From positions 1,280,001-1,344,000 of the forward strand of contig CAXXTH010000017.1 in NCBI GenBank assembly GCA_963668025.2: a stretch of 64,000 nt of DNA, in the 5' to 3' direction. The position numbers and the translations under genes are program-made. The notes beneath the pieces are model-generated. The model was not told the DNA's origin. It was given only the letters and a program-made list of their open reading frames with translations, and did not search any database. The DNA comes from Candidatus Hydrogenedentota bacterium (GTDB lineage Bacteria; Hydrogenedentota; Hydrogenedentia; Hydrogenedentales; SLHB01). Positions 9,063 through 18,228 of the stretch are shown here, piece after piece (position 1 is the stretch's first letter; each line of letters starts with the position of its first letter).

Positions 9063-9972
9063 TGCGCAGCCTCGGATCGAGCCAGGCCTGGACAATGTCC
9101 ACGGCTAAGTTGAACGTCATGATCAGTACGGCGAAAAAAAGCACCGTGCCGAGGATCATGCCGTAGTCGCGGTTGAGCGCCGATTCAATGAATTGCGTGC
9201 CCAGGCCCGGTATGCGAAAGATGTTCTCGACCACGAACGAGCCGGTCACGATGCCTGCCGACGCCGGGCCTAAGAAAGACACCACCGGCTGTAGCGCGCC
9301 GCGCAAGGCGTGGCGTATGACCACACGCGGCTCGCTCAATCCTTTGGCTCGGGCGGTGCGGATGTAATCCTGTGAAAGCACGTCCAGCAGGCTCGCGCGC
9401 GTCAAACGGGCGATATAGGCCGCGTAGATGGCTCCGAGGGTGATCGTGGGCAGGATTTTGCCGCTCGGCAGATCCCACAGCGCCACAGGCAGCCAGCCCA
9501 GCCAAATAGCGAATATTAAAGCCAGCACAGGACCCAGCACGAAATTGGGAATGCAGATGCCGCCCATGGCCAGCGACATGGACGTGTAATCCAGCCAGGT
9601 ATTGGGCCGCCATGCCGCTAAAATGCCCGCTGGCAGCCCGGCGCACAGCGCGAAAAGCATCGAATAGCATCCGAGTTCAAGGGACACGGGAAAGGTGATG
9701 CCGATCCATTCGGCGACGCTGCGGCTCGGATTCTTCAGCGAAGGCCCGAGGTCGCCCCGTACGAGGCCCCCCAAGTAACTCGTGTATTGCCGCCACAACG
9801 GCTGGTCGAGTTTGTAGTACGCCTGGATTTGGTGGAACGCTTCGTCACTGATGGCCCGCTCGCGCGACAAGGGGTCACCGGGGGCCAATCGCGCCAGAAA
9901 AAACGTCACGGTCACGATAACAAACAAGACCGGGAAAAACTCCATCAATCGCCGTGCGACAAACCGCCCCAT
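9055..9972 (-). CDS. oppB: Oligopeptide ABC transporter permease
   Basis: APGDP, GDLGPS, DYIRTARAKGL, VENIFRIPGLG, LDPR. Confidence 0.93.
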   Translation of the reverse strand: MGRFVARRLMEFFPVLFVIVTVTFFLARLAPGDPLSRERAISDEAFHQIQAYYKLDQPLWRQYTSYLGGLVRGDLGPSLKNPSRSVAEWIGITFPVSLELGCYSMLFALCAGLPAGILAAWRPNTWLDYTSMSLAMGGICIPNFVLGPVLALIFAIWLGWLPVALWDLPSGKILPTITLGAIYAAYIARLTRASLLDVLSQDYIRTARAKGLSEPRVVIRHALRGALQPVVSFLGPASAGIVTGSFVVENIFRIPGLGTQFIESALNRDYGMILGTVLFFAVLIMTFNLAVDIVQAWLDPRLRNA

Positions 9973-9975
9973 CCG

Positions 9976-11622
9976 CTAACCCTCGGATGGCGCTGCCGCG
10001 CCGCCGCGTTCGAGCCAGAGCGACTTAAAATTGATATAGCCCAATAAGCTTGGCTTGAATCCCTTGACATCCGCCGCAATCAGCCTCGAGTTGGTATAGA
10101 AATACAATGGAATGAGGGGCGGCTGTTCGAGCAGCATTTGCTCGGCTTCCTGCATCACCGCGATTCGCGCCTGGGGATCAAGCGTATATACCGCTTTTTG
10201 GATGAGCGCATCATACTCTGGCGAGGTGAATCCCGTCCGGTTGTTGCCATTGCCCGTGGTGAAGCATTCGAGGAAATTCATGGCGTCCACGTAATCGCCA
10301 ATCCAGCCCGAGCGTGCAATGTTGTAATCGAGCTTCTGCATGCTGTCCAAGTAGACTTTCCACTCCTGATTTGAAAGGGTCACATTGACATTCAAGTGCT
10401 TCTTCCACATGGCCTGAATGGCTTCGGCAATCGGTTTGTGGGCCTCGCTCGTATTGTAAAGAATATCCACTTGCGGGAAATTCGCGCCATCTGGATAACC
10501 CGCCTCGGCGAGCAATTGCCGGGCCTTCTCCGGATTAAACGCCTGGGGATGTGCGCTGTTGTATCCCGCGACATTAGGCGGAACGTACGAATAGGCCGCC
10601 GCGCGGCCCTTGCGCACCACATTGCGCACCAGATCATCCCGGTCAATGGCCAATGCGAAAGCCAGGCGCACCCGCGCGTCATTAAAGGGTGGCTTCGTCA
10701 CATTCAAGCGGTAATAGTACGTCCCAAGGAAAAGATCATTGTGGAGCAATTCGGGATGCTCTTTCTGGTATACATCGAATTTCTCCGTCGGGATGTTCTC
10801 CGTCATATCGAGCAATCCCGTGCGGAACATCTGCTCTTCGGTCTGGTCATTGTCAATGGGACGGAATTTCACGCCGTCGAGCTTCACGTTCGCCGCGTTC
10901 CAATAATGCGGATTTTTCACCACCGTGATGTGGTCTTTGGGAGCCCACTCGGAGAGCATGAATGCGCCATTCCCCACATAATTGCCGGGGCGTGTCCACT
11001 TCGTGTTACGTTCCGTCATCGAGCCGAATTGCTCGATGGTGGCCTTATGCACGGGGAACCACGCATAATGGATTTGCATTTGTAAGAAATACGGTGCGGG
11101 ATAGGCCAGCGTAATCTCGATAGTGTAGTCATCTAGGGCTTTCGCGCCAACTTCCGCGAAATATTTGACGGTTCCTTTATTAAATTCCTTGGCGTTTTTC
11201 ATGGGATACAGCATCGAGGCATATTCGGCTCCCATGGCGGGTGTGAGAATGCGCTCCCATGCATACAGGAAATCGCCCGCCGTCACCGGCTCGCCGTTGG
11301 ACCACTTGGCATTATGGCGCAAATAGAAAACATAGACGATGCCGTCGCCGGAAATATCCCAAGATTCCGCTCCGGCAGGCTTGGGTTCGAGGGTCTCCGG
11401 GTCCATGTCCACCAAGCCTTCGAGCAGCGTGCCGATAATGCGGTGCTCGGGAACGCCCGTGACCACATGGGGATCGAGGTCCTGGGGCTCCGCGCCATTT
11501 CCCACGAACAGCACGTTGCCCTTCGCTCCGCTGGAGCCACATCCGCTGAACAGGCCAGCAATACTCAACAAAACCAGGCAAATCCCTGCATAATAAGTTA
11601 ATCGGCGCATGAGCCTCTCCAT
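9976..11622 (-). CDS. oppA: Oligopeptide ABC transporter substrate-binding lipoprotein
   Basis: Lipobox LFSGC, EPQDLDP, KWSNGEPVTAGDF, GNGAF and GWIGDY motifs; alternative start at 11610. Confidence 0.93.
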   Translation of the reverse strand: MERLMRRLTYYAGICLVLLSIAGLFSGCGSSGAKGNVLFVGNGAEPQDLDPHVVTGVPEHRIIGTLLEGLVDMDPETLEPKPAGAESWDISGDGIVYVFYLRHNAKWSNGEPVTAGDFLYAWERILTPAMGAEYASMLYPMKNAKEFNKGTVKYFAEVGAKALDDYTIEITLAYPAPYFLQMQIHYAWFPVHKATIEQFGSMTERNTKWTRPGNYVGNGAFMLSEWAPKDHITVVKNPHYWNAANVKLDGVKFRPIDNDQTEEQMFRTGLLDMTENIPTEKFDVYQKEHPELLHNDLFLGTYYYRLNVTKPPFNDARVRLAFALAIDRDDLVRNVVRKGRAAAYSYVPPNVAGYNSAHPQAFNPEKARQLLAEAGYPDGANFPQVDILYNTSEAHKPIAEAIQAMWKKHLNVNVTLSNQEWKVYLDSMQKLDYNIARSGWIGDYVDAMNFLECFTTGNGNNRTGFTSPEYDALIQKAVYTLDPQARIAVMQEAEQMLLEQPPLIPLYFYTNSRLIAADVKGFKPSLLGYINFKSLWLERGGAAAPSEG

Positions 11623-11662
11623 TCAGTTTCCCCCAACTAGGAATTAATTATACAGAAGGGCG

Positions 11663-11700
11663 GGGTTTAGGGTCTAGGGTTCAGGGTTTAGGGTTTTGGG
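11663..11700 (+). repeat. Imperfect heptamer tandem repeat (GGGTYYW)x5 + GGG
   Basis: GGGTTTA GGGTCTA GGGTTCA GGGTTTA GGGTTTT GGG, just upstream of a minus-strand TATAAT (11652-11647) for oppA. Confidence 0.85.
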
Positions 11701-11701
11701 T

Positions 11702-11729
11702 GTGTGGGACCGGCGCCCTCGCCGGTCAT
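11702..11729 (+). repeat. REP-like palindromic element, copy 2
   Basis: GTGTGG-GACCGGCG-CCCT-CGCCGGTC-AT hairpin. Confidence 0.75.
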
Positions 11730-11870
11730 TCTTCACCACTTGGCTAAAGTGTTACAAAAATCAGATGCTTCTTCCGTCGGCTAAAGCATTACCTCTATTT
11801 AATGCGATTGCCCTGTATGTGGCGTCCATATGGGTTTGTCCAAAAAGCATTCCGTGATATAATACCCCGC

Positions 11871-12257
11871 ATGATGATAAAGCGAGCCATAGGAGGCCTC
11901 GTGGCGGGCCTAATGTTTATCGCATTATGGGCAAGTGTTTGCTTGCTGATGGCATGGCTCTCCACCGCCTCCACATGGTACCCTGATTCTCGCATCCTCC
12001 ACTTCATACATTTCCCTGTGCACGTCATATGGATGGTCTTGTCCGATTTTCCATTGCTGTCTACGGCCATGGCAGTGCCTGCGATCTGGCTAGCATGTCT
12101 AGCCATGCATTCCAATGAAGACCGAGCGAGAATGACCTTCGGGCAGTGGGTGTTTCTAGCGCTCGTCGCCATTGTCTTTGTGTTCGCGGCATTTTGGGCT
12201 GGCCAAGGCTTGTTGACGGCAATGGATGCCTTGATGACACACGGCGGATCTACGTAG
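11871..12257 (+). CDS. Hypothetical membrane protein (about 3 TM)
   Basis: Three hydrophobic segments. Start chosen 7 nt after TGATATAAT; the ORF track starts at 11802. Confidence 0.6.
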   Translation: MMIKRAIGGLVAGLMFIALWASVCLLMAWLSTASTWYPDSRILHFIHFPVHVIWMVLSDFPLLSTAMAVPAIWLACLAMHSNEDRARMTFGQWVFLALVAIVFVFAAFWAGQGLLTAMDALMTHGGST

Positions 12258-12341
12258 ACGCCGGGCTACCAGAATTTGTCCCTTAGCGCCTGTCTATCCA
12301 GGTATGTGCTGCTTCTCTGGATGGCGTACCGCGTAGGGATA

Positions 12342-14163
12342 GAGGCATTTGCGAAATAAAGAAAATCCGTATTGACAAGGGTTTACAAAGCGGCGGAATT
12401 GGCGCCTACCCCGGAGAATGCGGGGAAAGGGGCTTGGCGGGGGCATGAATAAGGATTTTTTGTGAAAAATCACCCCAAATGCCCTCGGCGAGCGGGAAAA
12501 GGCGTAACGTCTCCCGTGTGTGATTGTAGTATAGTTGACCACATAACCACGCACACACCAAGGAGACGTTTGCGATGGCCATTATACACCAAATGGGGTT
12601 GTTCTCGTGGAACCAGGTCGACGCGGCGTCGGATCTGGATCGGCTGAACCTGTTGCTGGCGGCGCTGCCGGATGAAGATTTGATGCGGGCGATGGAAGCC
12701 GAACGCAAGGGGCGGCGCGACGATTATCCTATCCGCGCGATGTGGAACAGCATACTGGCGGGGATCGTCTTCCAGCACGACGGCGTCGAAAGCCTGCGCC
12801 GCGAACTAGCCCGAAACGGGCAATTGCGCCAGTTGTGCGGATTCGACGTGTTGCGGGGCGCCAAGGCGGTCCCGCCCGAATGGGTGTACACGCGGTTCTT
12901 CGCCAGATTACTGCGCCACTGGAAAGAAGTGGACCGGATGTTCGACGCGCTCATCGTCCGGCTGATGGAACGCTTGCCGGATCTCGGGGTGCGTCTGGCC
13001 GTAGACTCGAAAGCCATCCAAACCCACGCCAAGCCTCCGCGCAAAGACGCGGTCCTGGAAAACGAAGAGCCGGACGGGCGGCGCGACCGCGACGCAGACT
13101 GGGGCACGAAAACCTACAAGGGCGTTCACAAGGACGGCACGCCCTGGGAGAAGGTCAAACGGTGGTTCGGCTACAAGCTGCACCTCATCGTGGACACGAA
13201 ATATGAATTGCCGCTGGGCTACGCGGTCACGAAAGCCAGCGCCAACGACTCGCCCTTTCTGCTGCCCCTCGTGGCGGCTCTCGACGCGCGCCACCCCGAA
13301 CTCGTCCAACGCGCCGAGTACCTCAGCGCCGACAAGGGCTATGATTCCGAAGCCAACAACAAGGGCCTCTTCGAGGAACATGAAATCCGGCCCATCGTGG
13401 ACATCCGGGCGACCTGGAAAGAAGAACCGGAACGGCCCCGCCCTTTATATCCCGAACGGGTAGACACGATCTTCCATACCGAACGAGGTGAAGTCCTCTG
13501 CCGGTGTCGTAACGGCGCCCCAAACGAACGCGACAACTATGATTCCATGGCCTACCAAGGATTCGAGCAAGATCGGGGAACCTTGAAATACCGTTGCCCA
13601 GCCAAGGCACGCGGGAGCGCCTGTACCCAGCAAGACCTCTGCAACCAAGGATGCCAGCCCGAACACGGACGGATTGTCCGCGTGCCCATCGCTATCGACC
13701 GGCGCATCTTTACCCCCCTGCCCCGCAGCGCCAAATCCTGGCGCCGCGAATACAAACACCGCACCGCCATCGAGCGAGTCAACAGCCGACTCGACGGCGC
13801 ATACGGATTCGAGCGCCACTACATCCGCGGTATGAAAAAGATGCGCGCCCGCACCGGATTAGCCCTCCTCGTCATGCTCGGCATGGCCCTGGGATGGCTC
13901 GAAGCCGGCCAGGCAGAACGCATGCGCTCGCTCCTCGGACAGCCCCGCGCCGCATAGATCACATCGAATCCGCACAAGCAATGATGGCCCGAATCAAGGG
14001 CAAACCATGCCCATTCGGGCCGCAAGGGTCCTACACGCGAACCTCCTGCATGATTTATTGCACCCGTAGCGGAGGCGTAATCCCATTGCCACAGGCGAAA
14101 ACCGCTCCGCGTGTGCCCGCACCGTCCGCGCGTTCGCAAACCACGCTATTTCGCAAATGCCTC
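12342..14163 (+). mobile_element. Insertion sequence, IS1182/IS5-like DDE, 1822 bp
   Basis: Perfect 17-bp TIRs GAGGCATTTGCGAAATA (12342-12358 and 14147-14163) and a 5-bp target duplication GGATA (12337-12341, 14164-14168). Confidence 0.93.
12575..13957 (+). CDS. DDE transposase
   Basis: GRRDDYP N-terminus, VDSK, WFGYKLHLIVD, ADKGYD, RTAIERVNS. Confidence 0.93.
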   Translation: MAIIHQMGLFSWNQVDAASDLDRLNLLLAALPDEDLMRAMEAERKGRRDDYPIRAMWNSILAGIVFQHDGVESLRRELARNGQLRQLCGFDVLRGAKAVPPEWVYTRFFARLLRHWKEVDRMFDALIVRLMERLPDLGVRLAVDSKAIQTHAKPPRKDAVLENEEPDGRRDRDADWGTKTYKGVHKDGTPWEKVKRWFGYKLHLIVDTKYELPLGYAVTKASANDSPFLLPLVAALDARHPELVQRAEYLSADKGYDSEANNKGLFEEHEIRPIVDIRATWKEEPERPRPLYPERVDTIFHTERGEVLCRCRNGAPNERDNYDSMAYQGFEQDRGTLKYRCPAKARGSACTQQDLCNQGCQPEHGRIVRVPIAIDRRIFTPLPRSAKSWRREYKHRTAIERVNSRLDGAYGFERHYIRGMKKMRARTGLALLVMLGMALGWLEAGQAERMRSLLGQPRAA

Positions 14164-14201
14164 GGATACAACCGGCGTTGCAATCACGGAGTGAACCTGA
14201 C

Positions 14202-14879
14202 ATGAAGACCAATGAAAACCAGCCACAAACCGTCCGCTTGCGTTCCTGTATGCAGCGCCTACTGGCAATGTGTCTGCTTTTCCTGTTGTGCCTGGTCCCG
14301 GTAGCTCTGTTCGAATTGTCAACAGACATCCTGTACTTCCCAATGCCACACCAATCAGAGGCCATGGCCATCCTCATCGAGACAATCGGATTCCTTGGTT
14401 TTGTAAGCATAATACCGTTGGAATTCATGATACTGCTCATACCGGTCTTCCTCGCGGCTTTGAGTGTTCTCTGGCTCATGCGCCTCAGTGGGCTGGCGCA
14501 TCCGCGCGCGCTGCGCGTTTGCTGGATTGGCCTGTTCCTCTGTCTTTTGACTCCTGCCACGGAATACTCCTGTGGGCACGCCATAGGTCCCGCGGTGAAA
14601 GAACATGCGTGCTACTGGCTGGCAGACTACCAGCGCCCCCTCATCGACGCGTTGGAAGCCTATCGTACGGAACATGGCTCATACCCAGAAACGCTCGATG
14701 CGTTGACGCCCCAGTATCTGAACCGCCCGCCCATGGCCGGTCTGGCGGGCTTCACGGAGTTCGAGTATTCCTCTTCCGGGGCCGATTTCGACTTGGAGAT
14801 ACCGTGTGGGTCTCCATTGAATATGGACGATTCCAGCTATTTTGGCTATAACCGTGACGGCTTCTGGGAACTACGATGA
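14202..14879 (+). CDS. Hypothetical membrane protein with a pilin-like C-terminal motif
   Basis: Three TM segments followed by ALEAYRTEHGSYPETLDALTPQYL; GGAG RBS before ATG 14202. The track start lies inside the IS end. Confidence 0.7.
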   Translation: MKTNENQPQTVRLRSCMQRLLAMCLLFLLCLVPVALFELSTDILYFPMPHQSEAMAILIETIGFLGFVSIIPLEFMILLIPVFLAALSVLWLMRLSGLAHPRALRVCWIGLFLCLLTPATEYSCGHAIGPAVKEHACYWLADYQRPLIDALEAYRTEHGSYPETLDALTPQYLNRPPMAGLAGFTEFEYSSSGADFDLEIPCGSPLNMDDSSYFGYNRDGFWELR

Positions 14880-14910
14880 GTGAATTTCGTGACGAGCCGC
14901 TGCCCTCCAA

Positions 14911-15237
14911 ACCGCGAATGAACGCAAATGGACGCAAATAATCTGACGCGTTTATCTATTTCCACGGATGACGTCGATGACACGGATATTGGAGCGGTTC
15001 AACACCGCATGCACTTGCGCTTCAACGAGCGCAATGCATCGCATTCCACGCCGCTCATCTGTTTCCATTCATATCCCATTCAACGCCTTCTTTGCATGCT
15101 CCTATGAATCGCTCTGGCAGACCGGGCACATCCCGTCCCGCTTCTTAACCACGAATGGACACCAATGAACACCAATACGGAAGCGCTTGCATGTAAGCGC
15201 GCCAGATTATTCGCGTTCATTTGCGTGCATTCGCGGT
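14911..15237. mobile_element. MITE-like unit with 44-bp terminal inverted repeats and two nested single arms
   Basis: 14911-14954 matches the reverse complement of 15194-15237 at 39/44. Nested arms are TCCACGGATGACGTCGATGACACGGAT (14961-14987) and ACCACGAATGGACACCAATGAACACCAAT (15148-15176). Confidence 0.65.
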
Positions 15238-15352
15238 AAAAAAAAGGCACATGGGTTTGGTCGCAGCTACGCGTTCTCCGACCCGGATTTGACCCTTCGC
15301 TGCCGCCAGGGGTACTTTCGTACAGGTGGGATTCAACACGAGAGGACGAGGC

Positions 15353-16693
15353 ATGAACGATGGAGCGGGAGCATCTGCGCGCGGGGGATGGCGCAACCGC
15401 GCCGTGATGCTCGTGCGCGCCGTTCATCTTCCAGGATTCGGCCCGGTGTTTGGATTCAAACTGCTCTCCGCAGTGGCGGCCTTTGCGGCCATGGCGCTGG
15501 CGGGGCGCGTCCTCGGGCGTGCGGGGCTGGGCGACCTGACGATGCTGCGCACCGTCATGCTGCTGCTGGCGGGCCTTGTGGGGCCAGCGCTAGACATGGC
15601 CTTGGTGCGGTTCGCCGCCCACGAGATGGCCAGCGGAAACGGCCAAGGCGCACGATATTTCACCCTGATGTTTTGGTTAAAAGCCGCTCTTTCCGTGTTA
15701 TTTCTCCTGGCGGGCCTAGGGCTGGCCGGGCCTATTTACGAGCGTTTTTTCGAGGCGGACTCCACGGTGCGGCCTGGGGCGGTTTACTGGGCCTTTGCGG
15801 GAGCCGTGGGCATCCTTTTTCTCGAGTATGAACGCGCCTATTTCCAGGCGGGCCAGCGGTTCTACGCGTTTGGACTCCTCGATTTCTTGCATGCCGCGCT
15901 ACGTTTGGGAGCTACGCTGGCGCTGGTATTGGCAGGCTTATCGGCTGCATCCCTTCTATTTGGCGTTTATGCCTTGGCGCCCGTATTGCTGGCCTTGGCG
16001 GCATGGTTTTGGATGCCCAAAGGCCTGCTTGCGCCGGTGCGTGAGGCGCGCGACGCCGCCCCGGAGGTCTTCCGTTATACGGGATGGGTGCTCATGGCGT
16101 GTATATGCACGAGCGGAGTGAATAGCATCGACATGATGCTCATCGGCTGGTTCAATGTGGATGAATTAGCCCGGGGCGACTTCAGCGCCGCGCGTTCATT
16201 GATGCAAGTGGGCGATTTGGCCATATTGGCCCTATTCAACGTCTTGCTGCCCAGCGCCAGCGGTTTGCGCACCGCTGGTGAGGCCCGCGCGTTTCTCCGG
16301 AGGCAGATGCTGCCCGCCATCGTGTTGGCGCTGCTCATGATACCGGGCCTGTTGCTGGCTGGCCCAGCCGTGCGGATCACGTTCGGCAAGGATTTCGCGC
16401 ATGGCGGGCCCCTATTCGCGATTCTGCTGTTGGGCATTATCTTTAACCTCGCCAGCGCCCCCGCGGGCACGGCCTTATACGGCATGGGGCGTTCCCGGAC
16501 CGTGGCGCTGCTCGAGGGGCTGAAACTACTATTCACGCTGGCGATTGGGTGGTGGGCCGTGCCACAGTATGGCGTGCTCGGTATGGCGTGGACCGTGGCG
16601 GGCGTTAAGGGTACAATAGGCGTGCTGACATATGGGGCCGCGCACTGGACCGCACAGCGCGCGGATGGCCATCGGGGTGAAGCAGGCGAATAG
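15353..16693 (+). CDS. Wzx-like polysaccharide flippase
   Basis: About 12 TM segments, RVLGRAGLG, IDMMLIG and GVLGMAW patterns; first gene of the glycan locus. Confidence 0.8.
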   Translation: MNDGAGASARGGWRNRAVMLVRAVHLPGFGPVFGFKLLSAVAAFAAMALAGRVLGRAGLGDLTMLRTVMLLLAGLVGPALDMALVRFAAHEMASGNGQGARYFTLMFWLKAALSVLFLLAGLGLAGPIYERFFEADSTVRPGAVYWAFAGAVGILFLEYERAYFQAGQRFYAFGLLDFLHAALRLGATLALVLAGLSAASLLFGVYALAPVLLALAAWFWMPKGLLAPVREARDAAPEVFRYTGWVLMACICTSGVNSIDMMLIGWFNVDELARGDFSAARSLMQVGDLAILALFNVLLPSASGLRTAGEARAFLRRQMLPAIVLALLMIPGLLLAGPAVRITFGKDFAHGGPLFAILLLGIIFNLASAPAGTALYGMGRSRTVALLEGLKLLFTLAIGWWAVPQYGVLGMAWTVAGVKGTIGVLTYGAAHWTAQRADGHRGEAGE

Positions 16694-16722
16694 GCCGCAG
16701 GGGATAAGGAGCACCGGGAACC

Positions 16723-18228
16723 ATGACTGCTGTGACACGAGAGGTTGGCGAAGGGCCGGGACGCCTGGCGGGTTTTCTAGCGATGCTCTTGGGGGCCGCC
16801 ATTTTGGCCGCGGCCATTGTCGCCACGGGCGAGCAGGCGCTATACGGCCTTGCCGGGGCGCTCTTGTTTGCGCTATTCCTGCGATACCCCATACTCGGCC
16901 TATATATCACGACGGCGCTGCTCCTCATTTCCGGCTCCGCCACCATTGTGGGCGGCCTGCGCGTGAGCATTCCGCTTACGGCGTCAAAGGTAGCCGGTTT
17001 CGCCGCATTCACCGCGTGGGCCATCAACGTGGTGGTGACGCGCAAAAGGATCCGCTTTACCGCGCCCACTGCCGTATTGCTTGCCTTCCTCGGATGGTCG
17101 GCTTTGGGCGTGCTATTCTCCTCCGCCTATGAACAGCAATGGGCGGAATGGTTCCGCATGGCCACGCTCGTGGCGTATTTCGTGCTGGCCGTCAATTTGC
17201 TTGATTCCGGGCCGCGCATCCGGACGTTCGTGATCATTGTGCTCTTGTGCGGTTTGGCCATGGCGGCCTTCGCGCTGGCGCAGTATGTATTGCCCTCCAT
17301 GCAGGTCGAAATTGACCAAGCCTCGGCGGACGTGGGCGCACGCAAGGAAGTGGCGTTGATCGAGGCGACGGGCGGCGGGGAAGCCGTCCGCGTGAGCGGC
17401 GGCGCGGGGCACTCGAATTGGCTCGCCATGATCATTTTGATGACCCTTCCCCTTACGGCGTACTGGTTTATGAGCGCCCGCTCGTTCGTGGGCAAGGGCC
17501 TTTCACTATTGACCGTGGCCTTCGGCCTCGTGGCCCTTGTGCTGACCTTCACGCGCACGGGCTTCCTGGTCGGCGTCATCATCCTCGCCATTCTAGGTTT
17601 GCGCAATCTCGTGCGTTTCACGCCGCAGCGCGTTGTCGCCGTGGCGCTGGCGCTCTTCTTTGCATGGTTTTTCCTGCCCCAATCCTACAAAGAGCGCGTG
17701 TTGAATCTCGATCAATACACCAAAAGCGAATCGGTGCGGAACCGCATGGAATTGCAGCAAGCCGCTTGGGAAATGGCGGGCGAACATCCCCTGTTTGGAG
17801 TGGGCCTCGGCGGATACGGCCCGCGCCTGCTGCGCAGCAATATCCACGTGGCCAACATCATGCGCTGGTTCGTCGAGGATCAAGACTGGCCGCCCCAGTT
17901 CATTGGCTGCCACAATTTTTATCTGCAAGTAGCCAGCGAAACAGGCATCGTGGGCTTATTACTGATGCTCGCCTTTCTCGCCTTGGTGCTGCGGGAAGTG
18001 CGCCGGGCGCACCGTGAATTTCGCGAAGCAGGCAACCAGGCGGGCATGGCCCTCACCTCGACCCTCGAGGTGTGCATCATCGCGTTCCTGATCGCCGCCG
18101 TGTTCCTGCATGCCTTGCAGCAAAAAATCCTATGGATGATCGTCGCCCTGGCCACGGCCTCCTCGTATTACCAATTTGGCGGGCGTGAAGCGCCGCACGC
18201 CAAATCCGTTCCGGAGGCGCGCGCATGA
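16723..18228 (+). CDS. O-antigen ligase/Wzy polymerase family protein
   Basis: Multi-TM, with LTFTRTG, HPLFGVGLGGY and CHNFYLQVASETGIVG. Confidence 0.88.
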   Translation: MTAVTREVGEGPGRLAGFLAMLLGAAILAAAIVATGEQALYGLAGALLFALFLRYPILGLYITTALLLISGSATIVGGLRVSIPLTASKVAGFAAFTAWAINVVVTRKRIRFTAPTAVLLAFLGWSALGVLFSSAYEQQWAEWFRMATLVAYFVLAVNLLDSGPRIRTFVIIVLLCGLAMAAFALAQYVLPSMQVEIDQASADVGARKEVALIEATGGGEAVRVSGGAGHSNWLAMIILMTLPLTAYWFMSARSFVGKGLSLLTVAFGLVALVLTFTRTGFLVGVIILAILGLRNLVRFTPQRVVAVALALFFAWFFLPQSYKERVLNLDQYTKSESVRNRMELQQAAWEMAGEHPLFGVGLGGYGPRLLRSNIHVANIMRWFVEDQDWPPQFIGCHNFYLQVASETGIVGLLLMLAFLALVLREVRRAHREFREAGNQAGMALTSTLEVCIIAFLIAAVFLHALQQKILWMIVALATASSYYQFGGREAPHAKSVPEARA

